Positions 37,837-46,836 of a stretch of 64,000 nt of DNA are shown one piece after another. The notes under the pieces are model-generated. The model saw only the letters and a program-made list of their open reading frames with translations, did no database searches and was not told the DNA's origin. The stretch is taken from positions 62,001 to 126,000 of the IMG/VR virus record IMGVR_UViG_3300028840_005860, one strand, 5' to 3'. A program made the position numbers and the translations under genes. Each line of letters opens with the position of its first letter. The first letter of the stretch is position 1.

Positions 37837-39003
37837 ATGACGAAGGAGCACATGAACGTAGGCACGATCGGCCACGTCGATCACGGAAAGACCACCCTCA
37901 CGGCGGCGATCACGAAGCTCGCGGCCGCCCTGCATGGCGGGGAGGCCAAGGACTTCGATCAGATCGACAACGCGAAGGAGGAGCGCGAGCGTGGCGTCAC
38001 GATCAACGCGTCTCACGTGGAGTACGAGTCCGCGCGGCGCCACTACGCCCACATCGACTGCCCCGGGCACGCCGACTACATCAAGAACATGATCGTCGGC
38101 GCGTCCCAGATGGAGGGTGCGATCCTGCTGGTGGACGCCTCCCAGGGGCCGCAGAAGCAGACGGTGGAGCACGTCCTCCTGGCGAACCAGGTCGGCGTCT
38201 CGAGCGTCGTGGTCTTCGTGAACAAGGTGGACGTGGCCGATCCCGACCTCCTCGAGCTCGTCGAGGTCGAGGTCGCGGAGCAGCTGGAGCGCTTCGGTTA
38301 CGCACCCGTCTTCGTGCGGGGATCAGCCCTCAAGGCCCTTCAGGCCCTGGAGACTGGGGACGCGGAGTCCGAGGACGTCGCCTGCATCCGCGAGCTCCTC
38401 GACGCCATGGACGCCCACTTCAAAGCTCCCGACCGGGACATGGACTCTCCGTTCCTGCTCCCGATCGAGCACGTCTACACGATCCCAGGCCGGGGCACCG
38501 TCGTGACCGGCCGCGTCGAGCGCGGCCGCGTCAGGGTCGGCGACAGGGTCGAGATCGCCGGTCGCCGGGATGATGGCCGGGAGGTCGTGGTCACCGGCAC
38601 GCAGGCGTTCCACCGGGACATCCCGGAGGCCCACGCGGGCCTGAACGTCGGCCTGCTCCTGCGGGGCGTCGCTCGAGACGAGGTCGAGCGCGGCCAGGTG
38701 ATCGTGGCGCCGGGCTCTATCCGGTCGCACACCTCGGGGAGCGCCGAGATCTTCGTGCTCACGAAGGAGGAGGGCGGACGTCACACGCCGTTCGGCAGCG
38801 GCTACACCCCGCAGCTGTTCTTCGGGGCCTCGGACGTGTCCGCGACCCTGAGGACCGACGAGGACGCGGCCGTCGAGCCCGGCGACAGGGCGACCGTCGC
38901 GTTCACCCTCGACAAGCCGACCGCCTTCGAGCCCGGGATGCGCTTCGCCATCCGCGAGGGCGGGAAGACGGTGGGTGCCGGCGTCGTGCTCGACGCGGGC
39001 TAG
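37837..39003 (+). CDS. tuf: elongation factor Tu (divergent)
   Basis: [18 protein letters not shown]; ERERGVTI; [15 protein letters not shown]; NKVD; GSALKAL; [14 protein letters not shown]; [13 protein letters not shown]. Confidence 0.95.
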   Translation: MTKEHMNVGTIGHVDHGKTTLTAAITKLAAALHGGEAKDFDQIDNAKEERERGVTINASHVEYESARRHYAHIDCPGHADYIKNMIVGASQMEGAILLVDASQGPQKQTVEHVLLANQVGVSSVVVFVNKVDVADPDLLELVEVEVAEQLERFGYAPVFVRGSALKALQALETGDAESEDVACIRELLDAMDAHFKAPDRDMDSPFLLPIEHVYTIPGRGTVVTGRVERGRVRVGDRVEIAGRRDDGREVVVTGTQAFHRDIPEAHAGLNVGLLLRGVARDEVERGQVIVAPGSIRSHTSGSAEIFVLTKEEGGRHTPFGSGYTPQLFFGASDVSATLRTDEDAAVEPGDRATVAFTLDKPTAFEPGMRFAIREGGKTVGAGVVLDAG

Positions 39004-39016
39004 GGGGATCACCGGG

Positions 39017-39042
39017 CCCCGGGGAAGCCTGAGACCCCGGGG
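39017..39042 (+). terminator. inverted repeat downstream of tuf
   Basis: ccccgggg...ccccgggg arms; no U tract, so termination is uncertain. Confidence 0.3.
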
Positions 39043-39114
39043 CCCTCTCTCGTGGCCGGACGCGGGGACCGTTTGAGGGCAGGCGCTTTTCGCGTAGAAT
39101 GGACGGCTGCCCTC

Positions 39115-39582
39115 ATGTCACGGGATCCACGAAAGACGTTCTGGTTCCGGGTGGCCCGGAACGTCGACAACCCCCCGATCCCGGGCCAGTGCCACTACGT
39201 GTACCCCGACGGCCGCTCCCGTTGCGGGCAGGCGCTCTCCGAGAAGCACGGCGACGGTAAGTGGTGCTGGGCCCACAGGGGCGTGCGTCCCGACGGCAGG
39301 CGGTGCACGGGCCCGAGAGGTACGCCCGAAAAGCAGACCATGGATGCCAAAGCAGAAATCAAGCTTCAGTATCGCGTTCGCAAGATCCAGAACGAGCGCG
39401 TGCTCAGGCACCTCACCGACGCGGCCCACGCCGTCTCGCCGTGTCCCGACGACAGCAGCGTGCGCCCCGACTACGTCGAACTCGCATCGGGCTTCCGGGC
39501 GGAGCGCAAGCGGTGGCCTCTCTGGTGGGAGATGGCGAAGGCGATCCAGGAGGACGGAACACGCGGAGACCGAGGGGGCTGA
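39115..39582 (+). CDS. Cys/His zinc-finger protein (paralog of 39853..40557)
   Basis: GQCHYVY...RC...KHGDGKWCWAH. Confidence 0.7.
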   Translation: MSRDPRKTFWFRVARNVDNPPIPGQCHYVYPDGRSRCGQALSEKHGDGKWCWAHRGVRPDGRRCTGPRGTPEKQTMDAKAEIKLQYRVRKIQNERVLRHLTDAAHAVSPCPDDSSVRPDYVELASGFRAERKRWPLWWEMAKAIQEDGTRGDRGG

Positions 39583-39583
39583 C

Positions 39584-39856
39584 ATGGACGCGAACAAGCT
39601 CAAGGTGCTCCAGGAAATTGGGTACACGATCGTGCCCTCCTGTGCGACGTGTCAGCACTCCGACCTCTCGAGGGACGGGTGGGGCTACTGCAACGCCCAC
39701 GAGTACGAGCACCTCAAGCACAGCGAGGAGACGAGTCGGCTGAGCGTGCATCAGCTCGGGCACTGCGACTCGTGGATTCGTGATGCGTACAAGGTCGCCG
39801 CCCTTGGTCTGCATGCGTTCAAGAGTTTTTGCACGGGCACGACAGAAGAACCATGA
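39584..39856 (+). CDS. Cys-rich hypothetical protein
   Basis: CATCQH...YC...HC. Confidence 0.6.
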   Translation: MDANKLKVLQEIGYTIVPSCATCQHSDLSRDGWGYCNAHEYEHLKHSEETSRLSVHQLGHCDSWIRDAYKVAALGLHAFKSFCTGTTEEP

Positions 39857-40557
39857 CTCGAACATTCCGGTTTCGGACAACTCGAAGCGTGCAGCAAGGG
39901 CCCCCAATTGAGGGGCAGTGCCATTACATGTACGAGAGCGGCGTCCGGTGTTCCCAAGCGGCCTCGAAGAAGCACGGTGACGGCGAATGGTGCTGGTCTC
40001 ATCGGATTCTGAACGCGGATGGTACTCGGGGCGCTGGCCCACGACGCAAAAGGAAGGGCATGAAGCCGAAGAACAACAACTCTCGGTCGATCGAGAAAGC
40101 GAAGGATCAGTACGATCCCGACCACTGGGCCTACGACATGCGCCGCTGCCCGATGGCGGGATGTCTCGGCGTAGTGGACGACGAGTTGCATCCCCCGAGG
40201 TGCTGTGCCTGCGAGACGAAACTGCCGGACGGCCCCGGAGTGATGGCCCTCCCTGCTCCGTCAGGGCGGAAGTTCCAGAACGAGTGGCGCCGCAGTCCTC
40301 CTGACCGCCGTCCTCCGAACGTCATGTCGCTCGAGCGGTGTCCGTTCTGCGGTGCTAGGGAGGTCGAGACCGACATGGGCCCGCACCGGTTCGTGATCAT
40401 GCACGACGGCCGGAAGTGGTCCGACAGGCTCCGCTATCCGGCTTTCCATTGCCTCTCCTGCGACCAGGGCTGGACCGATCACCGGGCCGAGAGCGTCCGG
40501 GACGACGCGGCCAGGAGGGGTCGGGCCAAGATGACGCAGGACGAGGTGTTCCCGTGA
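39853..40557 (+). CDS. multi-zinc-finger protein
   Basis: GQCHYMY...RC...KHGDGEWCWSH; CPMAGC; CPFCG; CLSC. Confidence 0.7.
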   Translation: MTRTFRFRTTRSVQQGPPIEGQCHYMYESGVRCSQAASKKHGDGEWCWSHRILNADGTRGAGPRRKRKGMKPKNNNSRSIEKAKDQYDPDHWAYDMRRCPMAGCLGVVDDELHPPRCCACETKLPDGPGVMALPAPSGRKFQNEWRRSPPDRRPPNVMSLERCPFCGAREVETDMGPHRFVIMHDGRKWSDRLRYPAFHCLSCDQGWTDHRAESVRDDAARRGRAKMTQDEVFP

Positions 40558-41030
40558 ACGAGCGTTCCGACAAGCCGCCCAGGGGTTACATGCCCTTCCT
40601 CGTGGAGTACCAGTGCGAGTGCAGGTGGGCCTGCGCGACGCCGCACTGCGACTCCGCCGAGGACCTCGTGTACGAGGTCGAGGACGACGAGACCTTCGAA
40701 CGGATCGACATCCTGGAGTGGAGGGGGGAAATTCACGATCAGCGAGAAAGGATCCTGCGCCTGTTCGAGACCCGCGAGGGGGCGGTCGAGGCGTGCTGGA
40801 ACCACGCGCGCAGGTGGTGGGACGGCGAGCCCCCGGCCGTTCCCGGGATTCCCGACTACGACGTGCTTCCGGACGGATACGCGATCTTCGTGGAGGTCGA
40901 GCAGCGCCGCGTGTGGCTGCGATACCCGGACGGCAACACCTGGGGGGGAGTTCAGCGGGATCAGCCTGTCCTCGGGCCTCCGCTCCTACGAGGCCGACGC
41001 CCGAGCCCACGCCGAGAAAGTCCTCGGTAG
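40554..41030 (+). CDS. hypothetical protein
   Basis: GTGA overlap. Confidence 0.55.
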   Translation: MNERSDKPPRGYMPFLVEYQCECRWACATPHCDSAEDLVYEVEDDETFERIDILEWRGEIHDQRERILRLFETREGAVEACWNHARRWWDGEPPAVPGIPDYDVLPDGYAIFVEVEQRRVWLRYPDGNTWGGVQRDQPVLGPPLLRGRRPSPRRESPR

Positions 41031-41033
41031 TGG

Positions 41034-41336
41034 TTGATCGTGCGCGGCATCACCGTGAACCTGCCGCCGGGGTGGAGGAGCAGCGATCCCGGGCTCCCCG
41101 AGATGCTGCCCGTAGCGCCCGACGAGCGCGAGGGCTACGAGGGCGTGGCGTGGCGGGCCACGAAGGGGTCCTGGCAGCTCGAGGTCCGGTGGCGAGGGGA
41201 CCATGGTCTGTTCGTCTGCCGGGCGGTCAAGGATGGGGCCGAGGAGAATCCGATGGAGCACCGGACCTTCCCATATCCGCACGAGGTGGTCGAGTGGTTG
41301 GGAATCTGGTTCGCCCAGCTCGTCAAGGCCCGCTAG
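41034..41336 (+). CDS. hypothetical protein
   Basis: ORF track. Confidence 0.6.
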   Translation: MIVRGITVNLPPGWRSSDPGLPEMLPVAPDEREGYEGVAWRATKGSWQLEVRWRGDHGLFVCRAVKDGAEENPMEHRTFPYPHEVVEWLGIWFAQLVKAR

Positions 41337-41515
41337 GCGTAGCCGTCCTTCGCCCAGCCTGAGCCGACTAGCTCGAAGTTGCAGGGCGCGAGCGTGCGCT
41401 CGAGGGTCCCCTCGGCGTCGCACTCGGGGCAGCGCGGCGGGGGAGGATCGTCCATCTTCTGGAGCTCCTCGACCTCGCGCTTGCAGGCCCGGCAGCGGTA
41501 GGTGTAGACTGGCAT
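41333..41515 (-). CDS. FmdB-family zinc ribbon regulatory protein
   Basis: MPVYTYRC..C...E.LQKM.D.....CPEC...F.L.GSGW..DGY. Confidence 0.9.
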   Translation of the reverse strand: MPVYTYRCRACKREVEELQKMDDPPPPRCPECDAEGTLERTLAPCNFELVGSGWAKDGYA

Positions 41516-41589
41516 CGCGATGGCACTCTACCTGCCGCACGACACTCGATTGCGCCGCTCCTTACGCTAGGAGACGGAGACGCTCTCGT

Positions 41590-41666
41590 GCGTGCGTAGC
41601 CCAAATGGTAGAGGCGCTGGCTTCAAATCCCAGGAGTTGGAGGTTCGAGTCCTCCCGCGCGCACCA
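41590..41666 (+). tRNA. tRNA-Leu(CAA) with short variable loop
   Basis: ctggc-tt caa at-cccag (C31:C39 mismatch); 5-nt variable loop; A73, CCA. Confidence 0.75.
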
Positions 41667-41667
41667 C

Positions 41668-41748
41668 GGCCCCGTGGCGGAAATGGTCTACGCGGCGGAC
41701 TTAAACTCCGCGCCTCCGGGCGTCTCGGTTCGAATCCGAGCGGGGCCA
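41668..41748 (+). tRNA. tRNA-Leu(TAA)
   Basis: gcgga-ct taa ac-tccgc; long variable arm. Confidence 0.9.
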
Positions 41749-41749
41749 C

Positions 41750-41908
41750 CTAGTCGGCGGAGAACCAGTTGCCCTGGCTGTCCTGGAGCACCCTGCGGCC
41801 GCACACGCCGCACCGGCTGCTGAACGAGCATCCGTCGAAGTCGAGCCGAGCTCCGCGACCGTCGTGCCAGCCGAGCACGTCGTGGGCGAACCACCGCAGG
41901 AACCGCAT
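41750..41908 (-). CDS. small Cys-containing protein
   Basis: MRFLRWFAHDVLGWH...CGVCG. Confidence 0.5.
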   Translation of the reverse strand: MRFLRWFAHDVLGWHDGRGARLDFDGCSFSSRCGVCGRRVLQDSQGNWFSAD

Positions 41909-43080
41909 CACTCGTCGTCTCCGTGAAAGAGGATCCTGTCCTCGGTGGTCTCGACCTTCCAGTCGGCGGCCATCTTGGGGGTCTTCGTCTCGATGCGCTG
42001 GACCGAGACCTTTAGGCCGTCGCCGTCTCCTTCGGTGACGACGGGCTTCGTCCTCTCGTGAACCGCGTAGCCGAAGTCGGGAACCATGAAGTCCCCCTCC
42101 TGGTACGAGTAGAACAGGCCGTCCTGCATGCGGAACCTCCGCACCCTCTCGGGCATGAAGAGTCCGGCTAGGGTCCGCGTCGCGGGTCGCTTCTCCTTGT
42201 AGTCCACGACGGCGACGTTGGTCGGAAAGTTCTGCACGTACCGCGGGCCCTCCGGCTGGACGCGGAACAGGTCGGGGAGCCAGCCCGAGATCTCCGTCTG
42301 ACTGCCTGAGCCGCAGCGTTCGAGGCTGAACATGGCGCGCCACCAGGTAGCATCGACGAGGCGAGCGACGCACTCGTCGAGAGTCCGCTGCACGCGCTCC
42401 ATCCAGGGGGCCGCGGCGCCGAACAGCGGCACGAGCTTGCGCCACTGTGCGGCGACGAGATGCCAGTCGTCGCGCGTGCCCTGGACCGAGATCGCCGGGA
42501 ACCCGCACGCGTACATGCCGTACTCGTAGTAGGGCGAGCACAGGTCGCAGAACGAGGCGTACATGGCGTGTCGCGACCGCTCGGAGGTGGTCGAGAACTG
42601 CGGCAGGAACAGGCTCGCTTCCGTCGGGACGGCCCCCCGGAGGGCCTGCACGAGCCGGTTCAGGGGCATCACGATCTCCTCCGCGGCCTCGACCCAGATC
42701 TCCTGTTTCTCGTGGCTCCTCGTGAACAGGTGCCGGTACGGTTCGGGGCTCTCCTTGACGACGCCGACGAGCTCGGAGAGGACCGTGAACCACAGGACGT
42801 CGGGCGTGATCACGATGCCCAGGTGGTCGGCCCAGCACTTCTCGAGGTACTCGAGGTAGTTCCGATGGTAGATCGAGCCGTCCTTGGGCATCCCGACGTG
42901 ACGCAGGAACAGGCTCTGCGTCGTGGCACCAGTGCGCCAGTCCTTCTCGCGGTCGTGTAGCCGGTCGAGGAATGCGTCGCAGGGGTCGAGGTCTTCGGCC
43001 TGGCTCGTCTCGTTGTTGAACGAGCGTGGGACGCGCGGAGTCCCCACCTTCACGTCGGACAGCTTGAACTCGGTCGTCAT
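41908..43080 (-). CDS. DUF4419 family protein
   Basis: H..LVITPD.LW..VL; FSTT; YYEY....CGFPAI.V.GT.DDW. Confidence 0.8.
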   Translation of the reverse strand: MTTEFKLSDVKVGTPRVPRSFNNETSQAEDLDPCDAFLDRLHDREKDWRTGATTQSLFLRHVGMPKDGSIYHRNYLEYLEKCWADHLGIVITPDVLWFTVLSELVGVVKESPEPYRHLFTRSHEKQEIWVEAAEEIVMPLNRLVQALRGAVPTEASLFLPQFSTTSERSRHAMYASFCDLCSPYYEYGMYACGFPAISVQGTRDDWHLVAAQWRKLVPLFGAAAPWMERVQRTLDECVARLVDATWWRAMFSLERCGSGSQTEISGWLPDLFRVQPEGPRYVQNFPTNVAVVDYKEKRPATRTLAGLFMPERVRRFRMQDGLFYSYQEGDFMVPDFGYAVHERTKPVVTEGDGDGLKVSVQRIETKTPKMAADWKVETTEDRILFHGDDE

Positions 43081-43091
43081 GGTCTCCTCCT

Positions 43092-43529
43092 CTATACCCC
43101 CTCGGAGGCCCAAGGGCAGCCCACGAGGGCGAAGGAGGGGTCGACGGCCCTCCCGCCCCGACGCACCTCCAGGTGCAGGTGAGGGCCCGTGGTGCGTCCT
43201 GAGCGGCCCATGTGGCCTATCTGATCCGCAGCCTCGACGCGCTGCCCGACGTGGACGGCAACGTCCTTCAGGTGAGCGAACATGACTCGGAGTCGCGCGG
43301 TGCGCATCACGACGTAGAGCCCGGCCCTCCGGGTTCGACGGATTTTCACGATGCGCCCAGGCCAGGGCGCGAGAACCTCCGTGCCGCGGGCATTGGCGAT
43401 GTCGACGCCGCCGTGCATGCGCCACCGACCCGTCACGGGATGCTGGCGTCGTCCGAATTCGGAGGAGACCCATCCGTCAGTCGGACAGACCGGCCAGACC
43501 TTGAGGAGGATCAGGAGCAGAACCACCAC
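43092..43529 (-). CDS. M23 family metallopeptidase
   Basis: SS.FG.R.HPV...HGGVDIA...; FAHL; G.TTGPHLHLEV. Confidence 0.9.
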   Translation of the reverse strand: MVVLLLILLKVWPVCPTDGWVSSEFGRRQHPVTGRWRMHGGVDIANARGTEVLAPWPGRIVKIRRTRRAGLYVVMRTARLRVMFAHLKDVAVHVGQRVEAADQIGHMGRSGRTTGPHLHLEVRRGGRAVDPSFALVGCPWASEGV

Positions 43530-43532
43530 GCC

Positions 43533-43964
43533 CTAGGGGGCAAGTATCGGAAGATCTTGGAGAGTGCGGGTGATGTCGAGCCAGTGGGTCTCGGCGTCGA
43601 ATCCTGCCTTGTCGTCGAGGAGGAGGTTGAAGTAGATCTTCCGGTCGTAGCAGCCGTAGCCCTCGCTTGCGACTTCGGGGTTCTCGTTGACGTAGTCGAA
43701 CTTGATCCCGTCGGCGCCGAACTTCTGAAGGTACGCCTCGACCTCCTTCGGCCACGAGCACGTGTACATGATGAGGACGACGTCGGGACGTTCCGACAAC
43801 ATGCGCATCGCCTCCAACGCGTGCGGATAGTAGTCGACCGGAAGCTCGTCGTCCCGGTAGTTCGGACGGATCAACGTCTCGTGGAGGTCCACGGCCCAGT
43901 ACGTGCGGTCCCACTTGCGGGCCACGGCGATCTTGAACTGCTTACGAATGGCTTGGGCGATCAC
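43533..43964 (-). CDS. HAD-superfamily (BT0820-like) protein
   Basis: AVDLHETLI motif I variant; MYTC; NENP; LLDDKA. Confidence 0.7.
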   Translation of the reverse strand: MIAQAIRKQFKIAVARKWDRTYWAVDLHETLIRPNYRDDELPVDYYPHALEAMRMLSERPDVVLIMYTCSWPKEVEAYLQKFGADGIKFDYVNENPEVASEGYGCYDRKIYFNLLLDDKAGFDAETHWLDITRTLQDLPILAP

Positions 43965-44711
43965 GCGGAACTCCTCTCATCTCCTGCACGGACTTCGGGA
44001 AGATTTTACACGCGCATGTCGCGCAGGCGCCTGGCCCGGTTACCGACGCGTGCGGTGAAGCCCGTAGGAGGTGGCCCAACCCGAGCCGGCTGCGAACGCG
44101 GTGAAGAGGAGCCAGTCGCGGACGTCCTCGAAACCGAGGCAGAGGCCCGCGAAGGCCCACAGCAGGACGAAGGGAACGGACATGAGAACGCGAAACTCCA
44201 TCCCTACTCTCCCTGGGCCGTCCTCGCTAGCTTGCGAACTCTCTGAAGGAACTCGTCTCCAAACCACACCACCTCCAGGGTGTTGCCGTGGCCCCGATCG
44301 ACGATCCAGATGCAGATCTGTTCCCACTCGTCGGCGTCTTCGGGATCGGTGTAGACGGTGACGACGATTTTGCCGTGAGTTTCCAGGTCTCGTTTCCAGG
44401 CCCACAGCAAGTCGTTCGTGGGGAGATTGTCAGGCCCGACTACCTCGGTGTAGAAGTCACCCATGCCGAGTTCGACTCGCTCCAAGCCGAGCTTGCGGAT
44501 CAACCCCGCGAGTGCTTCGCATCCCGCGTCGCGGATGTGTTCCCACCGACCCGTCCAGCGTTCGGCGTACAGGATCTCGTGGTTCCTGGGGCGCCTCACG
44601 GCGTGGCACGTCTCCTGAGCTGGGAGAGTCGCTCGTAGGTCGCTCTGGAGATGACCCATGACGGCACCTGACCGTCTTCGTGGTCGTAAGCCATGACGAT
44701 GACGCGCCTGG

Positions 44712-45467
44712 TCACAGCGGCTTCGTGATGTCGACCACGAGTTCGTCGTTCTCGATCTCGCAGGCGAACACGTCACCGTGGTTGAACTGCCCGGAGCCTG
44801 CCTTCGGGAACAGCACGCGGCCTCGGGTCTGGGACACGTCGTAGTCCACGGCGCCGGTCACCTGCTCGAGTGCCAGGACGGCCTTGTCGTAGTCGGGCTC
44901 GGGTCCCTCGAAGCGTACCCAGACCTTGTCACCCGCGCGGAACGGACGGCCGAGTGCGTGGAGCAGGCCCTCGAGCGCGGCTCGAGGGACGCAGAGGCGG
45001 TGGTCGGCGTGGACCGTCGCCTTCATGTCGGCCGGGGACGGCGGCTTCGCCGGGACCTGGGCGTTCGGCTGGATGGGGTGCTCCTGGGGCATCTGGGTCA
45101 GGCCCGCACCCGGCTTCGGGATGTCGAGTTCGAACGGGAAGTCCTCGGCCTCGTCCTGCTCCGCCGCGTAGGTGAAGACGGGCTGGCCCGCGGGCGTGCG
45201 CCCTAGCCCGACGCAGGTGCGCGTGACCTGGACCGCGGGCGTCCCGTTGTAGACGATCTGCCCGTTGTAGAAGAGGTCCTGGCACTTCTCGCCGATCCAC
45301 TCCTGCTTGAACACGAACTCGGGCCGGTAGACCCGGAGGATGGTGGTGACGTGCCCGGACGTGAACGGCTGTCCGAGCTGCGTAGTGGCCTCGATGAAGT
45401 CCTCGACGGCCTGTTGCCAGTCGGCCGATCTCTCGACGGCCGCCTTGAGCACCTGTTCGTTCTGCAT
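44712..45467 (-). CDS. hypothetical protein, possibly with a C-terminal AbrB/SpoVT-like barrel
   Basis: ATVHADHRLCVPR motif; same strand as the PARP. Confidence 0.65.
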   Translation of the reverse strand: MQNEQVLKAAVERSADWQQAVEDFIEATTQLGQPFTSGHVTTILRVYRPEFVFKQEWIGEKCQDLFYNGQIVYNGTPAVQVTRTCVGLGRTPAGQPVFTYAAEQDEAEDFPFELDIPKPGAGLTQMPQEHPIQPNAQVPAKPPSPADMKATVHADHRLCVPRAALEGLLHALGRPFRAGDKVWVRFEGPEPDYDKAVLALEQVTGAVDYDVSQTRGRVLFPKAGSGQFNHGDVFACEIENDELVVDITKPL

Positions 45468-45585
45468 GGTTCGTTTTCTCCTCGTTGCCTTGGTCGCCTG
45501 ACTCGGGCGGTGGGTTCTGCTCGTTGTAAGTCCAGGCTGCTTTACCTTGGATATGGGTTATACTTCACGATAGACGCGTCCTGAC

Positions 45586-46836
45586 TTGGATGAGGTCTTG
45601 GAGCGGCGTTTACCGAAGGATCGCCCCGGTTCTTTTGTCGGCCGTCGCTTCGGTAAACTTGTCGTGATTGCGGAGTTCGCGGGCAAGAAGTATGCGTTTG
45701 CTCCGCAGTGTCTGTGTCGGTGTGACTGCGGGAAAGAGCACTGGGTCGTTCGGGGCAACCTCGTGCGTACAAAGAGCTGTGGGTGTGGACGCCGTCCCAA
45801 TCTCGTGGGACGTAGGTTTGGAAACCTCGTTGTCGGGCGCCCCATGCCGCGCAGAACAAAGTCGGGACGCAAGCAGACGGCCTACGCTTGTCGCTGTGAC
45901 TGCGGAAAGGAGACGACCGTGTATCCCGGCGCGTTGCGGTCTGGAGAGACGGTCAGCTGTGGTTGCGTGCGAGAGATGCGATGGGCAGCTTCTCGGATTC
46001 CTACCGGGCGGCGGTTCGGTCGCCTTGAAGTGCTGGAACGTGTGCGCCGGGACGGACATCCCGGGTGGTTCTATCGATGTCGCTGTGACTGTGGAAAACA
46101 GACTATCGTCGACGGCGTCGCGCTGAAGAGAGGCGCCACGCGGAGCTGCGGGTGTCTTCGAGACGAGGTCGCTAGCCTTCCTGACGGAGAGGCCATGCGT
46201 AACGCGATCTTTTCGGGATACCGCAAGAACGCCCGAAAGAGGAACCTGCGGTTTGAGTTGGGCTTGGAGGAGGCTGGGTCTTTGTTTCAGGGGACCTGTC
46301 ACTACTGTGGCAGCCCTCCTCAGATGCGTAGCCATGCAACGGTGCGTGGAGGATACGCGGCGAACGGGATTGATCGTCCTGATAACTCCTCGGGTTACAT
46401 TCCGGGAAACATGGTTTCGTGCTGCACGATCTGTAACTTGGCAAAGGGCACGAAATCCGTGGAAGGTTTCCTGCGATGGGTTCGTCGTGTCGCGTATTTC
46501 GCGGCGACGTCGCCCATTCTCGTGCACGGAAAGCGCGAGACAGCGAAAGACCGACGCAGATTGTCGAAATACAAGGAAGGCGCTCGTGGGCGACGACTTG
46601 CCTTTGAGCTGACAGACGACCTTGCGATCGTGCTCCTGCATTCGCCCTGCACGTACTGTGGTCGGATGCCTGGTAACGGAATCGATAGGATCGATAACTC
46701 GAGAGGTTACGAGCCCGACAACGTTGTGCCATGCTGCGCGGTCTGCAATCGGGCGAAGATCTCGCTTTCCGTAGAGTGCTTCTTCGCTTGGGCTCGGCGT
46801 CTCGTAGCGCATCAGACGGAGATCTCCAACAGATAG
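45586..46836 (+). mobile_element. homing endonuclease with four G.RFG.L.V...C.CDCG repeats and two tandem HNH-like domains
   Basis: Repeats visible in the translation; CHYCG...GIDRPDN..GY...N.V.CC.ICN and CTYCG...GIDRIDN..GY...NVVPCC.VCN; lower GC; antisense to its neighbours. Confidence 0.85.

Noticed and set aside
41590-41666. Reading of this tRNA as a UCA (opal suppressor or Sec) anticodon via ct-tca-aa
   Set aside because: That register makes the loop asymmetric; the centred register gives CAA with a Leu-type D arm and A73, and there are no Sec features
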